NCBI GenBank assembly: GCA_029858565.1
Contig: JAOUEV010000075.1
Location: 1 to 13,300, forward strand
Source: Nitrospirota bacterium
Lineage (GTDB): Bacteria > Nitrospirota > UBA9217
DNA length: 13,300 bases
Direction of reading: 5' to 3'
In this document: piece after piece, positions 1 to 6,618 of the stretch
How the letters are laid out: the number at the start of each line of letters is the position of its first letter
How positions within the stretch are numbered: the stretch's first letter is position 1
Position numbers and translations under genes: made by a program
Notes under the pieces: generated by a model
What the model was told of the DNA's origin: nothing
Seen by the model: only the letters and a program-made list of their open reading frames with translations
Database searches by the model: none

Positions 1-35
1 CCCCCTCACCCAGCCCTCTCCCCGAGGGGAGAGGA
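1..35. repeat. REP-like palindromic element (CCCCTCACCC-AGCCCTCTCCC...GGGAGAGG type); may also act as the hairpin ending trxC transcription
   Basis: Inverted arms CCTCTCCCC (15-23) and GGGGAGAGG (26-34), preceded by CCCCCTCACCCAG. This resembles a widespread bacterial intergenic repeat. It lies just past the stop of the minus-strand thioredoxin and may be cut by the window edge. Confidence 0.55.
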
Positions 36-41
36 TAAAGA

Positions 42-488
42 TTACAATCCTACAAACCTGTCCACCCACTGCAAGAATTCAAGTTTTTCCTTTGGCGCGC
101 CGTCCATCCTGCCGAGGTGGCCCCCGTTCTTGAACATGATAAAGGTCGGGGTCGCGCGGGTCTGGAAACGCCGGGACAGCTCAGGTTCAGCGTCCACGTC
201 GATCTTCAGAACCTTCAGCCTGCCCGCTTTCCAGTTGGCAATATCGTTCACCACCGGCTCGATCATCCTGCAGTAGCCGCACCATTTGGCCCAGAACTCG
301 ACCAGAAGGAATTCCGGCCATGTTGACAGCTCCCGGTCGAATGTGGCGGTCGTGCCGTTTACCGGCGCGTGGGGAACCGTCAGGGGGGTCTTGCAGGTGC
401 CGCAGTGGGGCTGTTCCGCGATGCGCGAGCGGGGGACGCGGTTCAGGGTGGAGCAGCCGGTGCAGCGGATGAGGACGGTGTCGGGCAT
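42..488 (-). CDS. trxC: Thioredoxin 2 (TrxC) with N-terminal zinc finger
   Basis: N-terminal CTGC...NR(V)P...CGTC Zn-binding motifs, VEFWAKWCGYC active site, cis-Pro loop ATPTF; 148 aa. Confidence 0.9.
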   Translation of the reverse strand: MPDTVLIRCTGCSTLNRVPRSRIAEQPHCGTCKTPLTVPHAPVNGTTATFDRELSTWPEFLLVEFWAKWCGYCRMIEPVVNDIANWKAGRLKVLKIDVDAEPELSRRFQTRATPTFIMFKNGGHLGRMDGAPKEKLEFLQWVDRFVGL

Positions 489-493
489 GGATC

Positions 494-522
494 AATATAA
501 CCTGATTACTTTTCTCGCGCAA
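494..522 (-). promoter_or_regulatory. Putative sigma70 promoter for trxC (TTGCGC-17 nt-TATATT), probably leaderless
   Basis: On the minus strand, -35 TTGCGC (522-517), a 17-nt spacer and -10 TATATT (499-494), then only 5 nt to the ATG. No Shine-Dalgarno is visible. Confidence 0.45.
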
Positions 523-783
523 AGCCGCTAAGACGCAAAGAACGACAAGGAGATCCGAAGGTGATTTTCTTGCAGAGATTCTTCAGCGCGGTCATTGCGA
601 GGAGCGAAGCGACGCGGCAATCCCGTAGTGTCTTGAACTTCTTAACTACGAGATTGCTTCGCGTTGCTCGCAATGACAGCTAAAGGGCTATGCCGCGCCG
701 GCTCCGGCTCTCACCCATGCTGAAAAATGCTCATGAGACAGGTTTTGTCTTTCTTCGTGACTTCGTGGCTTCGCGCGAGAAAA
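510..783. repeat. Non-coding inverted-repeat (MITE-like) element, about 274 bp
   Basis: The left end TTTTCTCGCGCAAAGCCGCTAAGACGCAAAG (510-540) matches the reverse complement of the right end (753-783: TTTTCTCGCGCGAAGCCACGAAGTCACGAAG). The outer 11 bp are perfect, followed by 8-nt AAG-ending subrepeats. Confidence 0.65.
591..677. repeat. GTCATTGCGAG...CTCGCAATGAC palindromic element (RPE/REP-like)
   Basis: Perfect 11-bp terminal inverted repeat GTCATTGCGAG (591-601) / CTCGCAATGAC (667-677), with an inner stem GCAATCCCGTAGT / ACTACGAGATTGC (1 mismatch). It matches the recognisable GTCATTGCGAGGAGCGAAGCGAC..GCAATC repeat family. Confidence 0.8.
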
Positions 784-792
784 AGATATTTC

Positions 793-820
793 GTTCCTTT
801 CCCCGGAGGGTAGAGGGAAC
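793..820. terminator. Imperfect hairpin downstream of the thioredoxin-like gene; possible terminator or degenerate REP
   Basis: GTTCCTTTCCCC-GGAG-GGTAGAGGGAAC, about 30 nt past the stop at 850. There is no clean U-tract directly after it on the minus strand. Confidence 0.3.
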
Positions 821-849
821 TTTTGGCTGATAACTTAATCACCATCCAC

Positions 850-1308
850 TCAATAACTGGTATAGCTGATTAGGTTCTCGATCCACTTAGCCAGTTCGGA
901 TTTTTCCTTGAACGGTCCATCCATGCGTATCACGAACTCCCCGGCCTTGTACACAAGGTAGGACGGCGTTTTCATGACCTTGAAGCGCTCGACCAGGAGG
1001 GCGTCGTGATCAAAGTCCACCTTCAGCACCTTGAGCTTTCCCGGATGCTTCACCATCAGTTCGGAGAGCAGTGGGTCCGAGATCCGGCAGAAGACGCAGG
1101 AGTTGGACGTAAAGGTGACCACCAGGGTCTCGGGCCAGTAGGAGACATCGCGGTCAAAGGCATCCTGCCGGGCGAAGATCGGCTGGCGCGGCACGGTCAG
1201 GACGGTCTTGCAGCTTCCGCAGCGGGGCTCGTGGTCGATGCGGGACGCTTCCACCCGGTTAAGGACCAGGCAATTGGTGCATCGTATCTTGATAAAATCG
1301 TTCGCCAT
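850..1308 (-). CDS. TrxC-like Zn-finger thioredoxin paralog with atypical active site (SCVFC)
   Basis: CTNC..LNRV...CGSC Zn finger; TFTSNSCVFC at the WCxxC position; KTPSY cis-Pro loop. The C-terminus RMDGPFKEKSELAKWI parallels RMDGAPKEKLEFLQWV of 42..488. Confidence 0.85.
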   Translation of the reverse strand: MANDFIKIRCTNCLVLNRVEASRIDHEPRCGSCKTVLTVPRQPIFARQDAFDRDVSYWPETLVVTFTSNSCVFCRISDPLLSELMVKHPGKLKVLKVDFDHDALLVERFKVMKTPSYLVYKAGEFVIRMDGPFKEKSELAKWIENLISYTSY

Positions 1309-1311
1309 GAT

Positions 1312-1623
1312 CTAGGTTGTCTTCGCCAGTTCTGCGATGCGCTCCTTGAGAAGAGAAATGCTCGGGACTTTCGAGAGTCGCCCGGACTCATTGGGATAGG
1401 CCCTTCAGGTTATGCCGGGTGAACCGGGCATAACGACAAGGTCTGTTCCGTTTATCCGGATGGTGGGGGAGCCTTTGATATCGAGGGCGACGGCCTCGTC
1501 GTAGGATATCCAGTGGAAGGCCGGTTCTGTCCTGATCCCCAGCTCCTTGAGCGCGATGCCCAGGTTCTCGCGCAGTTCATGATAGGAGCCGCAATGCTCG
1601 GAAAGATAACAATCGATGTTCAT
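1312..1623 (-). CDS. Small thioredoxin-fold (DUF2703-like) protein, predicted selenoprotein (UGA at 1407-1405 = Sec73), 103 aa
   Basis: The ORF track stops at TGA after ...GSPTIRINGTDLVVMPGSPGIT. In-frame continuation reads U-RAYPNESGRLSKVPSISLLKERIAELAKTT-TAG (1314-1312), ending 3 nt before the next ATG. Proteins with the GSPTIRING motif typically continue with C-R-x-Y...G....P, so the UGA falls at the Cys position. Confidence 0.82.
1364..1407 (-). promoter_or_regulatory. Putative bacterial SECIS element
   Basis: The mRNA reads UGA-AGGGCCUAUCCCAAU-GAGUC-CGGGC-GACUC-UCGAAAGUCCC. A 5-bp upper stem (1389-1385 / 1379-1375) closes an apical loop that starts 20 nt after the UGA and has G at its second position. 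A lower stem GGG/CCC is possible. Confidence 0.65.
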
Positions 1624-1637
1624 TCTTCAATAATATT

Positions 1638-1748
1638 TATCCACAGATTACGCAGATTTTCGCAGATGATAGAACCGGAAAACCCTATGATCTTCATAAC
1701 TGCTTTCATCCTTGGATGATATTGTCCGGCTGTCGTAATCTGCGGATA
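1638..1748. repeat. Short inverted-repeat element with CGCAGAT subrepeats
   Basis: TATCCACAGATTACG (1638-1652) and CGTAATCTGCGGATA (1734-1748) are a 14/15 inverted match. The left arm has three tandem (C/G)CAGAT-type units: CACAGATTA CGCAGATTTT CGCAGAT. Confidence 0.65.
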
Positions 1749-1761
1749 GAGATTCGCGATA

Positions 1762-2085
1762 TTATTTCCGCTTCTTCTCCGCAACGACATCCTCCACCCA
1801 CGACAAGGCAGCCGAAACCGTGGGGAAGCCGATGGTGCTGGTAAGAAGTATGACCGCGTGGCGGACCTCGTCGGGTTTCGCGCCCGCCAGGATCGCCCGG
1901 CGCGCGTGGGAGTGGACCGAGCCTTCGGACCGGACCGCGGCTGCGGCTGCGAGCTGGATCAGCTCAGCGGTCTTCTTGTTCAGGGGGCCGGCGGCCTTGG
2001 CGGCCTTGCCCAGGTTGTCAACGGCCTTGAGCACTCCCTTGTAGCGCTTCTGAAGCATCAGGTACTGCGTGGGGTATTCCTTCAT
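1762..2085 (-). CDS. Carboxymuconolactone decarboxylase / AhpD-like family protein (no CxxC)
   Basis: GPLNKKTAELIQLAAAAAVRSEGSVHSHARRA..AGA...EV...V.L...TIGFP pattern typical of the CMD family; SD AAGGAG upstream. Confidence 0.88.
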   Translation of the reverse strand: MKEYPTQYLMLQKRYKGVLKAVDNLGKAAKAAGPLNKKTAELIQLAAAAAVRSEGSVHSHARRAILAGAKPDEVRHAVILLTSTIGFPTVSAALSWVEDVVAEKKRK

Positions 2086-2131
2086 GGCGATCTCCTTGCG
2101 GTTCCCGGAGGAACGGATTGACGTTCAGGAC

Positions 2132-2160
2132 AATTTAGTATATGGGACGGAAATAGTCAA
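2132..2160 (-). promoter_or_regulatory. Putative sigma70 promoter for the CMD gene
   Basis: On the minus strand, TTGACT (2160-2155), a 17-nt spacer and TAAATT (2137-2132), about 46 nt upstream of the ATG at 2085. Confidence 0.6.
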
Positions 2161-2200
2161 GCATCTCCGTCAGGGGCACAGTGGCGAAGCTTTTCCCCGG

Positions 2201-3046
2201 TCATCGCGCCGGCTGCCGGGCCGCCGGGGACACATCCTCGATGGTCCGCTTTTCCTCGGAGGGCTGCAGGATGTTCATCAGTTTGCCGCCTGCCAGGAGC
2301 GCCAGCAGCAGCAGGATGCCGATCACGACCGCGATGACGAGCTTCCGGGACGAGGCCGCTTTTTGCTTCTCAGCGGCCGGGCCGGAATCGGTCTTGTCCT
2401 TCAGCTGTACTGTCGCGGCCTCGTCAGGATTCCAGAAGGCCTTGTAGACCTTGAAGGGCTCGGCTTTTCCCTTCAGCGTCGTGGTCTTGACGTACTTGAT
2501 GTAGGTCTCGTTCCTGTTCGAAAGGGCGTTCAGCGTGTCCTCGGACAGGGCGATCCCGCCGGGGTCTGCCGCGCCTTCGAACCGCGAAGCAGTGTTCACC
2601 ACGTCGCCGAAAATGTCGCTCTTTTCCACGATGCATCTGCCGGTGTGCATGCCCGCGCGGGCCAGGATCGGCGTTTTCTGCTTGTGCTCAAGGATGTAGG
2701 CGTCGATGCCCCGCTGGAGCTGGACAGCCGCGCGCAGGGCGTCCTGGGCGTTGTCGAAATAGGACAGCGTGCCGTCGCCGATGGACTTGACGAATATGCC
2801 GTGGTGCTCCTTGATCGCGGGGATGATGATGTCCTGATAGTGCTTCACCAGCAGGCGGCTGACGATGTCTCCCTGCTTGTCGGCCAGCGCGGTGGAACCC
2901 TTCAGGTCCGTGAACATGACAGTGATGACCTTGGTGAACTTGTCCTGGAAGGCGGCGTCCATCTTTGCACGGGATTCGAGCATTTCCTCCATTTCCCGCG
3001 CTTTGTCCTCGGCTGATTTCTGCTCCCTCTCCATATCGTCCGACAT
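2201..3046 (-). CDS. Class III adenylate/guanylate cyclase (adenine-specifying residues) with C-terminal TM anchor
   Basis: VMFTDLKGST (metal Asp), VKSIGDG (Lys and second Asp), SDIFGDVVNTASRFE (Asp, Asn, Arg) and LKGK. Charged helical N-terminus; hydrophobic LVIAVVIGILLLLALLAGG near the C-terminus; SD AAGGAG. Confidence 0.9.
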   Translation of the reverse strand: MSDDMEREQKSAEDKAREMEEMLESRAKMDAAFQDKFTKVITVMFTDLKGSTALADKQGDIVSRLLVKHYQDIIIPAIKEHHGIFVKSIGDGTLSYFDNAQDALRAAVQLQRGIDAYILEHKQKTPILARAGMHTGRCIVEKSDIFGDVVNTASRFEGAADPGGIALSEDTLNALSNRNETYIKYVKTTTLKGKAEPFKVYKAFWNPDEAATVQLKDKTDSGPAAEKQKAASSRKLVIAVVIGILLLLALLAGGKLMNILQPSEEKRTIEDVSPAARQPAR

Positions 3047-3058
3047 ATGCGGTCTCCT

Positions 3059-3892
3059 TTACTCTTTCCTCTTCCAGTCCCAATCAATATACCACGTGAG
3101 ATAGAACTCGAATCCCTTGGTACGCTCTTCCAGTATGGGATAATACTGCCAGGAGTAATCAGCTCCAATGCGGTACAAAGGTTTCTTGAGCTCCATGCCC
3201 ACCGCGGGTCCGCGGACATCATAATAGTCCTCAAGCTTCGAACGGGCCCGGTACCGGTACTCGGCGTAGGTATTCAGCACAAAACCGCCGGGCAGGGTGG
3301 TCCAGTCGATCCCCTGGTTGATCCAGCCCATGCCGCCGGAGCCGGTGACTCCCCGGGTATCATGGAACAGATTGAACCAGATCGCTCCCGGCAGGCCTGT
3401 TGATCCGGGAAAATGCACATCCGCATTTTTGGTCAGGTCCCATCCCTTGTATCCAGCCAGGTAGATCTCCCGGCTGGTCGTGCGGCGCGGTCCGTCGGGG
3501 TAGTTGGGCATGGTCTCCCAATAATAGTCCGCCCCGAACCTGAGGAAGTCCTTCTTGAACTCCATACCCACAGCCGGACCCTGGGCGCTGTAGTACTCGG
3601 GCTGGCGCGACCGGTCGCGGTACCGGTATTCGGCAAAGGTGTTCAGCACCACATCGCCGGGCAGGGTGACCCAGTCGATCCCCTGGTTGATCCAGCCCAT
3701 GCTCCCGGAACCGCTCAGGGTGCTCGAACTCTCGGTTACTACGCCCCAGGTGGAGCCGGGGTAGCCTTCGATCTCCCAGGCGAAAGCGCGATGCGGGAAA
3801 CAGAGCATGAGCGTGATGCATCCCAGGAAGAGGATAGTCGGCGTCATGCGCATTTCTGGGAGTTGTTCTTTTCTATGTTCAATCGATGACAT
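3059..3892 (-). CDS. Secreted, probably outer-membrane beta-strand-rich protein made of two tandem repeats of about 123 aa
   Basis: Signal-peptide-like segment (ILFLGCITLMLCFPHRAFA/WE). Two copies of MGWINQGIDWxTLPGxxVLNT(F/Y)AEYRYR...GPAVGME(F/L)KK...R(F/I)GADY.W, with alternating aromatic/polar strands. The start is uncertain: the ORF opens at 3931, the ATG at 3892 has AAGGA upstream, and ATGs at 3853 and 3847 are also possible. Confidence 0.7.
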   Translation of the reverse strand: MSSIEHRKEQLPEMRMTPTILFLGCITLMLCFPHRAFAWEIEGYPGSTWGVVTESSSTLSGSGSMGWINQGIDWVTLPGDVVLNTFAEYRYRDRSRQPEYYSAQGPAVGMEFKKDFLRFGADYYWETMPNYPDGPRRTTSREIYLAGYKGWDLTKNADVHFPGSTGLPGAIWFNLFHDTRGVTGSGGMGWINQGIDWTTLPGGFVLNTYAEYRYRARSKLEDYYDVRGPAVGMELKKPLYRIGADYSWQYYPILEERTKGFEFYLTWYIDWDWKRKE

Positions 3893-3934
3893 AGCTTCAT
3901 TCCTTAGAGCTCCCGGTGCTCTCTGCGCCAAAGC

Positions 3935-5491
3935 TCACTTCAGCGCCTCCCGGGACAAGTATATCCATTTCCGTTCCTTTCCGTAGAAGTAATACTCATC
4001 ATCCATCTTCACCACCAGGTTGTTCTGGTTCTCCGCTGCAAAGGATGTCTGCGGAATGCTGTCGATGAATGCCCGGGTGGCATAGCGGTCCGTGACAAAG
4101 GGGCTTTGCCCGGCAAAGGCCTCGATCGTGAACGCCAGGGAAAGATAGCTCGACGGCTTGTCTATGATCATGTTTCTGCCGGCCGCCCCGGTCCGGCGGT
4201 CCTTGCTGATCAGCTTCAACCCCACGGGCACGATGGTGATGCGGGGCAGGGGGATGTCGCGGAGCCCCGGCGTTTCTATGGCATTGCCGCGCACCGCCCT
4301 GCCGTGCTCTCCCGCGACGATCACCAGTACATCCCGTCCCGAGGCCGCGAGGGTCCCCATGAACCTCGAAAGGTCGTCAAGAAGGCTCTGGAGAAATTCC
4401 CGATACTGCTCGCGATTGTCCCGCTTCCACCACTCCCGGTCGTCGGTCCAGTGGGACCCGTCATGAAGGCTCACGGAATTATAGTACAGGGCGACCTTCT
4501 TCTCGCTTGACCTCAGGCGGTTCTTCCACCATTGTTCGAGCACGTCATAGTCTGCATAGACCGGCGTATCGTCGAACATGTACTTCCTGGCCTCCAGGTT
4601 CGACGGCGCAAAAGGCGCGGCGTCCAGGTGGCCCAACTGCCGGAGCTCCTGGTCGAATTTGCCATAGGTGCCGTTATGATTGCGGCTGAACCGGATCGCG
4701 TATCCCTGGTGACCCAGTCCCTTCATGAGCGAGCAGTCCCCGGGCAGGGTGTTGTACAGGTCGGCGTGCCTGCGCTGGCCGCAGTTCCCGTTCAGGAGCC
4801 TGATGGCCGCGGGATTGCTGTAAGTGGTTACGGTATTGAAGTTGGTGAACAGGAAGTCGAACTGTTTGAAGAATGGATGGTCCTGCATGCCCAGTTCCCG
4901 GAGATCGTCCCAGGCAAGGGAACAGATATGGAGGATGAGAATGTCGAAGTCCCGCGACGTTGCCTGCGGCGGCACCGGCCGGATGACACGCATGGACTCG
5001 GCATTGAAGAACGACCGGACATGGGCATCGACCTCATCAGGAGATCTCCTGCCGTGTTCGCCGGTGACGAAGACCAGCGGGATCAGAAGCAGGACTGCCA
5101 TGCCTGTTGCAGCCGATCTTCGGTACTTGCGGACAAGGAAGGACAGGACCGCGATAACGGTAAAGACCGCAAGTTCTTTCGGCACAAGGAGCCTCAGGAA
5201 GAATTGATAGAGATATTCCCGCGAAGGCATGCCGTTCTGCTGAAGCATGGTGATGGCATGCAGGGGGTCCGGAAGCCAGGACTCGCGCCAGATCAGCAGA
5301 ACAGCGATGATCATCGCCAGTGCCTGCTTTGCCATGAGCGCCAGCGTGCTTTCGCCAAAGCGCTTCGGCAAGGGGAAAACGATGAACGCGAGGAACAGCA
5401 GGTTCAGGAGCACATCAAGACGCACGTATCCCCGGTAATGGAGATAGAGCTTGGCCAAGAAGTAGAAGGTCCAGATTCCCATAGGTGTCAC
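3935..5491 (-). CDS. bcsG: Cellulose phosphoethanolamine transferase BcsG
   Basis: N-terminal TM region beginning MGIWTFYFLAKLYL; FDILILHICSLAWDDL; TTYSNPAAIRLL..CGQ (catalytic Ser); SLHDG; GEHG; GLRDIP. The start is GTG 5491 or ATG 5482. Confidence 0.93.
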   Translation of the reverse strand: MTPMGIWTFYFLAKLYLHYRGYVRLDVLLNLLFLAFIVFPLPKRFGESTLALMAKQALAMIIAVLLIWRESWLPDPLHAITMLQQNGMPSREYLYQFFLRLLVPKELAVFTVIAVLSFLVRKYRRSAATGMAVLLLIPLVFVTGEHGRRSPDEVDAHVRSFFNAESMRVIRPVPPQATSRDFDILILHICSLAWDDLRELGMQDHPFFKQFDFLFTNFNTVTTYSNPAAIRLLNGNCGQRRHADLYNTLPGDCSLMKGLGHQGYAIRFSRNHNGTYGKFDQELRQLGHLDAAPFAPSNLEARKYMFDDTPVYADYDVLEQWWKNRLRSSEKKVALYYNSVSLHDGSHWTDDREWWKRDNREQYREFLQSLLDDLSRFMGTLAASGRDVLVIVAGEHGRAVRGNAIETPGLRDIPLPRITIVPVGLKLISKDRRTGAAGRNMIIDKPSSYLSLAFTIEAFAGQSPFVTDRYATRAFIDSIPQTSFAAENQNNLVVKMDDEYYFYGKERKWIYLSREALK

Positions 5492-5571
5492 TCGTGCATT
5501 TCAGGATGCGATCCGGCCTAAAGAACAGTATTGAACCGCCACGGCGCCATGGAAGCGGGTAAATCTCCTCA

Positions 5572-6618
5572 TCACCTCGCTCTATTTTCCCATCCCCCTG
5601 TCGCGAGCAGATAAAGACTGAAGGAATAGTAAGCGTCCTTCTCGGTCTTGAGTCTTTTCCGCGCCTCTTTCAGGAGGCGTTCCGCGAGCGCCTTCTTGCC
5701 CAGTTTCCGGGCGGCAGCAGCATAGATGGCGTAGTACCCGGCGTAAGCGAGTTTGAGCGATTCGCTGTCCTTTTCCAGATCGATCCAGAGCGGCAGCCTG
5801 CCGCTTTTCTGGTAGTGCTCCAGCAGAGCTGAAACGCCCTTGGGATAGCGCGAACGGTCCTCGGACCCAAGCATGAGCAGGACGCGGACAGCATCTGCCC
5901 CGAAGTAGGGGTCCTTTCCCGGCGCAAGCGCGATCCGGTCGTTTTCCAGGACCACCCAGTTCGCAGGAAGGCCGAGGCTCCCGAAACTCGCCCCCTTGAT
6001 CAGGAACAGGCCGTCATTGCGCACCGCCTCCCAGAAGTCCGGTTGGTCCGCCCTGGCAAAGGCGCGGTATGCCGGGAAGATCAGGTACGAAGGATTCAGC
6101 ACCACGCTGTTACCGTCCGTGAATCCAAAGGCTCCGGGCAGCAGATAGGTGCGGCCGTACCGGGTGACCGCAAGGACCGAGCGGATGCTCGCGATGATCT
6201 TCCGCGCCTCCTCACGATAGTCCGGCGAGTGCCAGGCATCGCTCGCCTTGAGCAGGGCGAAAGCGATCAGGATATCGCCGTCGGTCGCATTGTTGCTGTC
6301 GAGCACCTTCCATGCATTGTCCGGCCTTTTTCCCCATTGCCAGGCGAACAGACCGTCGGAACGGACCTGGAGATTATTCTTTGTCCAGGTCCAGATCCTG
6401 TCAAAGGCGGCCCGGTCCCGGTGGATCGTTGCCAGCAACATGCCGTAACCCTGGCCTTCGGAATGGCTGATCTGGTCCTGGGCGTGGTCGATGATCCGTC
6501 CATCGTCGCTCAAAAAGGACCTCTTGTAGAGCTCCCACATCGTCCGGTCCCGTGCCTCAGCGATGCCGCAGAAGACGGCAGTAAGTACGAGGCAGAGGCT
6601 AATGGCCCGGAGTGGCAT
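5572..6618 (-). CDS. bcsZ: GH8 endo-1,4-beta-glucanase BcsZ
   Basis: Signal peptide; SEGQGYGML; FDRIWTWT; NNATDGDILIA; LNPSY; DAVRV. Overlaps the end of bcsB by 20 nt. Confidence 0.93.
   Translation of the reverse strand: MPLRAISLCLVLTAVFCGIAEARDRTMWELYKRSFLSDDGRIIDHAQDQISHSEGQGYGMLLATIHRDRAAFDRIWTWTKNNLQVRSDGLFAWQWGKRPDNAWKVLDSNNATDGDILIAFALLKASDAWHSPDYREEARKIIASIRSVLAVTRYGRTYLLPGAFGFTDGNSVVLNPSYLIFPAYRAFARADQPDFWEAVRNDGLFLIKGASFGSLGLPANWVVLENDRIALAPGKDPYFGADAVRVLLMLGSEDRSRYPKGVSALLEHYQKSGRLPLWIDLEKDSESLKLAYAGYYAIYAAAARKLGKKALAERLLKEARKRLKTEKDAYYSFSLYLLATGGWENRAR

Noticed and set aside
1405-1623. Treating the 72-aa ORF as complete or as a nonsense pseudogene
   Set aside because: The UGA lies at an expected Cys position, the downstream frame is open and protein-like up to the next gene, and a SECIS-like hairpin is present.
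1762-2085. Calling the CMD-family gene an AhpD peroxidase
   Set aside because: It has no cysteine at all (SEGSVHSH in place of CxxC), so thiol-peroxidase reductase activity is unsupported.
2101-2114. GTTCC-CGGA-GGAAC hairpin in the CMD gene leader
   Set aside because: A 5-bp stem is expected by chance in GC-rich DNA, and it does not occlude the SD.
5492-5571. Possible small bcsF-like gene between bcsZ and bcsG
   Set aside because: Only about 80 nt, too short for a BcsF-sized membrane peptide, and no suitable ORF was seen.
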